Source of the DNA: the human T2T-CHM13v2.0 reference genome, Homo sapiens
Reading direction: 5' to 3' (one strand)
NCBI RefSeq assembly: GCF_009914755.1
Contig: NC_060946.1
Length of the DNA stretch: 64,000 bases
How positions within the stretch are numbered: the stretch's first letter is position 1; each line of letters begins with the position of its first letter. Under the pieces are notes generated by a model. That model searched no databases. It saw only the letters and a program-made list of their open reading frames with translations, and was not told the DNA's origin. Below are positions 59,212 through 64,000 of the stretch, in pieces. The translations under genes and the position numbers were made by a program.

Positions 59212-59575
59212 ACGCACGCCCCTGGCATCATGCTCGCCTTGCAGTGCAGCTGGTGTGGTGCAGACTCTGAGAGTGAGCACCAGGACTCTTCCCGTCTGGT
59301 CTCCAATCTACCCTCTTGCCATGCTCCACCACCCCTTAGGTCTTGCCACTGGGAGTGGGGAGGGACTGGGGAGAGAAAATACTGGGGTAGGGGTGACAGG
59401 AGAGAAGGTTCTTCACTGGCCTCCCCTGGCCTAAGCCCCTGGCCTACTTCATTCTTGGACCCCAGTTGATGGGATGGGGCTTGGAGAGGACCCAGATAAC
59501 TGGTCTCTCAGCTCAGCCTCCTGCCCACTGTCTCTATAGGTGCCTGGTGCTACGACTCCCAGGACCCCAAGTGTG
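59212..59575 (+). pseudogene. CA15P: Carbonic anhydrase 15 pseudogene 5' fragment: exon 1 (~59212-59272) and exon 2 (59540-59575)
   Basis: Exon 2 (tatag|...|gtgagg) translates xAWCYDSQDPKC, matching mouse Car15 GTWCYDSQDPKC as I recall it; exon 1 is signal-peptide-like and ends ADSE|gtgagc in phase 1; CA15 is a known 22q11.21 pseudogene. Confidence 0.8.
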
Positions 59576-59640
59576 GTGAGGACAGAGTGTCATGTGAGGC
59601 TGAGTGACATCAGTCTGTGTCCTGGGACCACCAGACACCA

Positions 59641-61126
59641 TAATACATATTATGTAATATGTATGATACATATTACATAATAAATGACATATATAATATA
59701 TGATATATATTACATATAATATATGACATATATTACATATATGTGACATATATTACATATAATATGTGACATACATTATATGTAATATATGATATATAAT
59801 ATATAGTATATGATATAAAATATATAATATATGATATATAAGATATATATTATATTACATATAATTATATTATATTATATATATTATATATATCATAATA
59901 TATTATATAATATATAATGTATATCACAATATATTATATATTATATATAATATATATCATAATATATTATATATTATATATAATATGTCATAATATATTA
60001 TATATTATATATAATATATAATAATATATTATATATTATATTATTATTATAAAATATATAATACTATATAATGTTATATATAATATAATATTATATAATA
60101 ATATATAATATAATATTATATAATAATATATAATATATTAGATTATAATATATATTATACTATAACATATTGTATAACATATGATAATATAATATATATT
60201 ATATATTATATTGTATAAAATATTATATTATATATAATATATAATATTTTATATAAAATATTATATAATATATAGTATAATATATTATATAAAATATTAT
60301 GTAATATATATTATATATTATATATTATTATCTTGTATATATAATTATATAATTATATATAATTATATATATTATATTATATGTAATAATTATATATAAA
60401 TATATATTATATCATATGTAATAATTATATATAATTATATATTATATTATATGTAATAATTATATATAATTTATGTATTATATTATATGTAATAAATACA
60501 CATAAGTATATATATTTTATTATATATAATATTATATATAATTGTATATTATATTATATATAATAATTATAGATTATATTATATGTAATAATTATGTTTT
60601 ATATTATTTTTAATATTAATTAATATTAATTAATAATAATTAATTTAAAGTATTAATTATTATTTTATATATTATATTATATATTATATTATTTTATATT
60701 ATATATTATATTATACATAATATTATATATTATATTATATTATATATTATATTATATTATATTATAATATATAATATATTATAATATATTATTATATTAT
60801 ATTACATATTATATTATATATACGTATATATAATATATTATATTATATATACGTATATATAATATATTATATTATATATATTTATATATAATATAATATA
60901 TTATATATGTTTATATATAATATATTATATTATATAGAATTATATAGAATTACATATTATATTATATAATTATATATATTCATATATATTATATTATATA
61001 TAATAATACATATTATATTATACATAATATTATATATAATATAAGGATGCAGGATGTAAAAGGAAATTATGTATATGTTATATATATTATATATATTATA
61101 TTGTATATAATTATATATATATATAC
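59641..61126. repeat. AT-rich block (inverted counterpart of 27758-29355)
   Basis: Shares landmark variants in reverse complement (tacaagataa / ttatcttgta; ataatctaat / attagattat). Confidence 0.97.
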
Positions 61127-61130
61127 TTGT

Positions 61131-61692
61131 GGGTGCCCTATTTCCCATCTCATAACTTATTTTAAGAAGCCAGCATAATAATGTGTGGGCTTGGGATTCA
61201 GTTTTTGAAAGAAAACACTGAGCCTTTGATGACCTTCCTGTACTTGTAAAAGCCCTCCTGTCTGCATGGCAGCAGTTGGACCTCACAGTGTGGATTGTGC
61301 CTTCACCCTGGAATGTTTATGCCCTATCGCCATGGTGATGGGATTAGGGATCTCCTGCCCTTGGTCCTAAGTGCCAGTATCTGTGCTGAGTTTTACAAAG
61401 GTCAGAGCAGATTGAACCATTGTGGTTTCATTTTCCCTGATTTTGATTTTTCTTATGGGGAACCTGTGTGGCTGCATTCAAGGTATGTTCATACTGGCCT
61501 GTCAAATGCGATCTTTTCAAATTACTAGTTAATGCTTTCAAAATGTGTTATTTAAAAAATTAGCCTCTGTATTTTCCATATGCAGTTATAAATATGTTTC
61601 ATGATTATGTTTTATTCCTCAATTTATATATTTGATTATTGTACCAAGCAGAGTATCTTTGAAATTTTTCTTCATTTAAAAAATATGTATCT
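61131..61692. repeat. HSAT1(B)-like unit, copy 4 (inverted), followed by Alu fragment 61693-61851 (+)
   Basis: Same 77-aa pseudo-ORF, now on the + strand (61295-61528). Confidence 0.8.
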
Positions 61693-61992
61693 TGACTCAG
61701 GCCTGTAATCCCAGCACTTTGGGAGGCCAAGGCAAGAGGATCACAAGGAGAGGAGATCAAGACCATCCTGGCCAATACAGTGAAACCCTGTCTCTACTAC
61801 AAATACAAAAAATTAGCCAGGCATGGTGGCAGCTGGTGTAGTCCCAGTGTGAATTGGGATTCAGTTTATTCCCAAATTCCCAAATTATATATATATATAA
61901 ATATATATTTTATATAATATATATATATTATATTAAATATATTATATATATACTATATATTATATTATATATAATTATATATATATATTTGT

Positions 61993-62554
61993 GGGTGCCC
62001 TATTTCCCATCTCATAACTTATTTTAAGAAGCCAGCATAATAATGTGTGGGCTTGGGATTCACTTTTTGAAACAAAACACTGAGCCTTTGATGACCTTCC
62101 TCTACTTGTAAAAGCCCACCTGTCTGCATGGCAGCAGTTGGACCTCACAGTGTGGATTGTGCCTTCACCCTGGAATGTTTATGCCCTATCGCCATGGTGA
62201 TGGGATTAGGGATCTCCTGCCCTTGGTCCTAAGTGCCACTATCTGTGCTGAGTTTTTCAAAGGTCAGAGCAGATTGAACCATTGAGGTTTCATTTTCCCT
62301 GATTTTGATTTTTCTTATGGGGAACCTGTGTGGCTGCATTCAAGGTATGTTCATACTGGCCTGTCAAATGCGATCTTTTCAAATTACTAGTTAATGCTTT
62401 CAAAATATGTTATTTAAAAAATTAGCCTCTGTATTTTCCATATGCAGTTATAAATATGTTTCATGATTATGTTTTATTCCTCAATTTATATATTTGATTA
62501 TTGTACCAAGCAGAGTATCTTTCAAAATTTTCTTCATTTAAAAAATATGTATCT
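61993..62554. repeat. HSAT1(B)-like unit, copy 5 (inverted), followed by Alu fragment 62555-62713 (+) and AT block 62746-63105
   Basis: Near-identical to copy 4. Confidence 0.8.
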
Positions 62555-64000
62555 TGACTCAGGCCTATAATCCCAGCACTTTGGGAGGCCAAGGCAAGAG
62601 GATCACAAGGTGAGGAGATCAAGACCATCCTGGCCAATACAGTGAAACCCTGTCTCTACTACAAATACAAAAAATTAGCCAGGCATGGTGGCAGCTGGTG
62701 TAGTCCCAGTGTGAATTGGGATTCAGTTTATTCCCAAATTCCCAAATTATATATATATATTATATATATATATATAAAATATATATATATATATAAAATA
62801 TATATATAATGTATTTAATATATATATAATATATTAAATATATTATATATAATATATTGAATATATGATATATATGATATATATAATATATTATATATAT
62901 TATATACAATATATATTATACATTATATAATTATATATTATGTATATTATATATAATATATAATATATAATTATATATTATATAATTATATATTATGTAC
63001 ATTATATATTATTTATATATATTATATATAATATATAATATATATAATAAATAATATATATATTATATATATCATATAATATATAATATATATAATATAT
63101 ATATAATTTCCTTTTACATCCTGCATCCTTCAACGTTCCATCCCCCACCCCACAGATTAAGTTATTCCCCAGGGGAGAATATGGCAGAGTCTATTTTAAT
63201 GCAGTTTTTAACCCAATTAAGAACCTACGAAATCATTACTTTCCAAAACTTTGGAACAAAGCCGCAGTAGTATGGATCCGTTGGAGGCTTTTCACACAAT
63301 AAAATGTACCTCTCTTTGTTTTTAACATGTTTCTCCCTTCCTCTCTTCTTTTTTTGTGAAATGTGTATTTACTTTATTTGTAGTAAGTCACTTCCATGCA
63401 CATATTAATTTTTTAAAGTAATAAGTATGTGTATTGTCTACGTGTGAAATAAAACACACATTTATTTTTATGCTTTGGAAGTTATCCAGAATCATGGAAT
63501 TCTCAATCACAGTCAATCACCCAACCTACTCACCTTTCCAGTGTAATCTTAGTCAAATTTTTTTTTGTTATCCAATGAGATGCAGTATTTCAACTCAGAA
63601 AGATAAATAGAGTGAATTTATAGAGACTATTAACTAAGAACATACAGTTTTATTTATACTCAGAAGCAAGTAGATTATGTACATATATATGAAGATAAAA
63701 ATTAAAAGGATAATTGTGTAAATTTGCATGTAGAGGGCTTTGAAAACCTGTTTACTTGTTAATGCCGTTTTGATGTATTGTGTCTTTGTTCTCCCGACCC
63801 ATCATCCAGAGCTCTCTGCAGGAGCTAAGTGCTCATCAGTTCCATGACTTGGAAACTGTCTAAGTTTAGAGGCACTTGTATTTGTTAGTAAATAAGGCAA
63901 GATGATATTGTTTCACAGGTTTTAGTGCCGAAGACTGAATAGATAAGCTGCTCCACCCAGTACACTGGTGTTCATTTCATGGTCATCTCATCTGTTAACC

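Larger units (their letters stand above)
59645..64000. repeat. Right arm of the inverted segmental duplication (continues beyond the window)
   Basis: Reverse complement of 24614-29355. Confidence 0.95.

Overview
Human (primate) genomic DNA with the make-up of a chromosome 22q11.2 low-copy repeat (LCR22); the exact paralogue cannot be fixed from the sequence alone. In order: (1) the last exon and 3' UTR of USP18 or one of its duplicated copies (+, 682-~1307). (2) A FAM230-family gene (-, ~7.9-24.7 kb), usually called a lncRNA. Its nine canonical exons can be spliced by hand with fully compatible phases, giving a ~503-aa ORF that reads into a 2.1-kb exon made of a 27-bp 'ANEDAVYDI' minisatellite interrupted by an L1PA2-like insertion. 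(3) Three HSAT1(B)/Alu/AT-rich cassettes (25.5-31.8 kb). (4) A ~28-kb retroelement-rich spacer with a near full-length PPP1R26 processed pseudogene, two ancient degenerate ~60-bp tandem arrays containing a young 79-bp inverted duplication, an orphan copy of a FAM230 intron module, and the first two exons of a carbonic anhydrase 15 pseudogene. (5) An inverted copy of the satellite cassettes and FAM230 5' flank (59.6 kb to the window end), whose junction carries a perfect hairpin. No rRNA, tRNA or CRISPR elements were seen. Repeat family names come from recognition of remembered consensus motifs, not from a search, and most repeat boundaries are approximate.
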